From a bacterium (lineage in GTDB: Bacteria; Patescibacteriota; Patescibacteriia; UBA9934; GWF2-40-263): 39,609 nt of DNA. Both the position numbers and the translations under genes were made by a program. Numbering within the stretch: the stretch's first letter is position 1; every line of letters starts with the position of its first letter. Below are positions 38,891 through 39,609 of the stretch, one piece after another. Below the pieces are notes generated by a model. The model searched no databases, was not told the origin of the DNA, and worked only from the letters and a program-made list of their open reading frames with translations. Location of the stretch: contig JAGVQB010000047.1 of assembly GCA_020051955.1 (NCBI GenBank), positions 1 through 39,609 of the forward strand, written 5' to 3'.

Positions 38891-39468
38891 TGCCGCAATG
38901 CCCCAACTGCAGTCGTGAGTACCCGCACGGCACGCTCGCGTGTATGGACTGTGCGGAGATGCTGGTCGTGGATCTTGTCCAAGACACTGACTCAGACGGT
39001 CTACAACAAGCAATCATACTGCGGCCAAGCACAGGACAAGTTGATCTGAACGAACCTCATCTCGACCTGCACGTCATCCACGTTGACGGCACTGACTTCG
39101 AGGAGGGTGTCTGGGTCGCTCGGGTGCCAATCGCGACATTGAGCAGACCTGTTCGCATCGGGCGACAGGATCTCGACCAGATTCCGCCAATCGTTCCAGA
39201 GATCGATCTAGGTTTCCTACTGGCGCAGTGTTCACCAGATGGAAAGTGGGTCGTGTCGCGCTTGCACGCGGCTCTGGAGCTGGACGAATTCGAGAATCCT
39301 GCCCTGCGTCAGGTTGGCATGGATCACAGTCTCACCTGGACATGCCATTCGGGCGAGAGGCACTACCACACGGTCGGATTCAGACACACTTCCGTTCTCT
39401 GGATCGGCGATGTGATCCTGCTGGGTCAGCCTGGCGGACGCAACGTGAAGATCAGAGTTCGAACGTAA
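38887..39468 (+). CDS. Zinc-ribbon plus FHA domain protein
   Basis: CPNC...CMDC at the N-terminus; IGR, PEIDL, VSRLHA, GDVILLG of an FHA fold; start overlaps the vWA stop (GTGATG). Confidence 0.8.
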   Translation: MMPQCPNCSREYPHGTLACMDCAEMLVVDLVQDTDSDGLQQAIILRPSTGQVDLNEPHLDLHVIHVDGTDFEEGVWVARVPIATLSRPVRIGRQDLDQIPPIVPEIDLGFLLAQCSPDGKWVVSRLHAALELDEFENPALRQVGMDHSLTWTCHSGERHYHTVGFRHTSVLWIGDVILLGQPGGRNVKIRVRT

Positions 39469-39474
39469 CGCGCT

Positions 39475-39500
39475 GCGAGCCCACCAACGGCTCGCTTTTT
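39475..39500 (+). terminator. Intrinsic terminator after the vWA-FHA operon
   Basis: GCGAGCC-CACCAAC-GGCTCGC-TTTTT. Confidence 0.85.
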
Positions 39501-39609
39501 ATATCCAATCAAAAATCGAGTTAATAGACTTTTTCCAGTTGGTAAAAAACAGTTTTCTTTGCTAGTGTTTGGCATATTCTTGAACTTACTTAGCTATGGC
39601 TACTAAAAA

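Noticed and set aside
220-39468. Alternative genetic code (TGA recoding seen in some CPR lineages)
   Set aside because: Conserved genes are full length under the standard bacterial code and several end in TGA overlapping the next start.

Overview
The window looks like chromosomal DNA from a small-genome bacterium. The dense, overlapping genes, the repeat-bearing secreted protein and the gene set suggest Patescibacteria/CPR, which is an inference. It has three zones. (1) 1-7030 is an AT-rich defence module: a type III restriction-modification operon (mod, res) with a Shedu/DUF4263-type nuclease gene wedged between the two subunits. The ~5.96-kb block is bracketed by ~70-80-bp imperfect inverted repeats ending in GTTATGTG...CACATAAC and lies divergently next to an integron-integrase-like tyrosine recombinase. 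(2) 7200-36950 is core and envelope genes: a surface glycosylation cluster, fmt, def, a helicase-degenerate priA, clpB, gltX, an M23 peptidase, an ftsQ-like gene, alr, lysS, greA, mreBCD-mrdA, a dciA-like gene and a UvrD/PcrA helicase fused to a PD-(D/E)xK Fe-S nuclease. (3) 37000-39500 is a GC-rich accessory islet: a small ORF, a 147-bp element with perfect 25-bp terminal inverted repeats, and a vWA(MIDAS) plus zinc-ribbon/FHA two-gene operon. The best candidate for an undescribed system is the recombinase-associated, inverted-repeat-bounded defence cassette. All calls come from reading motifs by eye; no searches were run.
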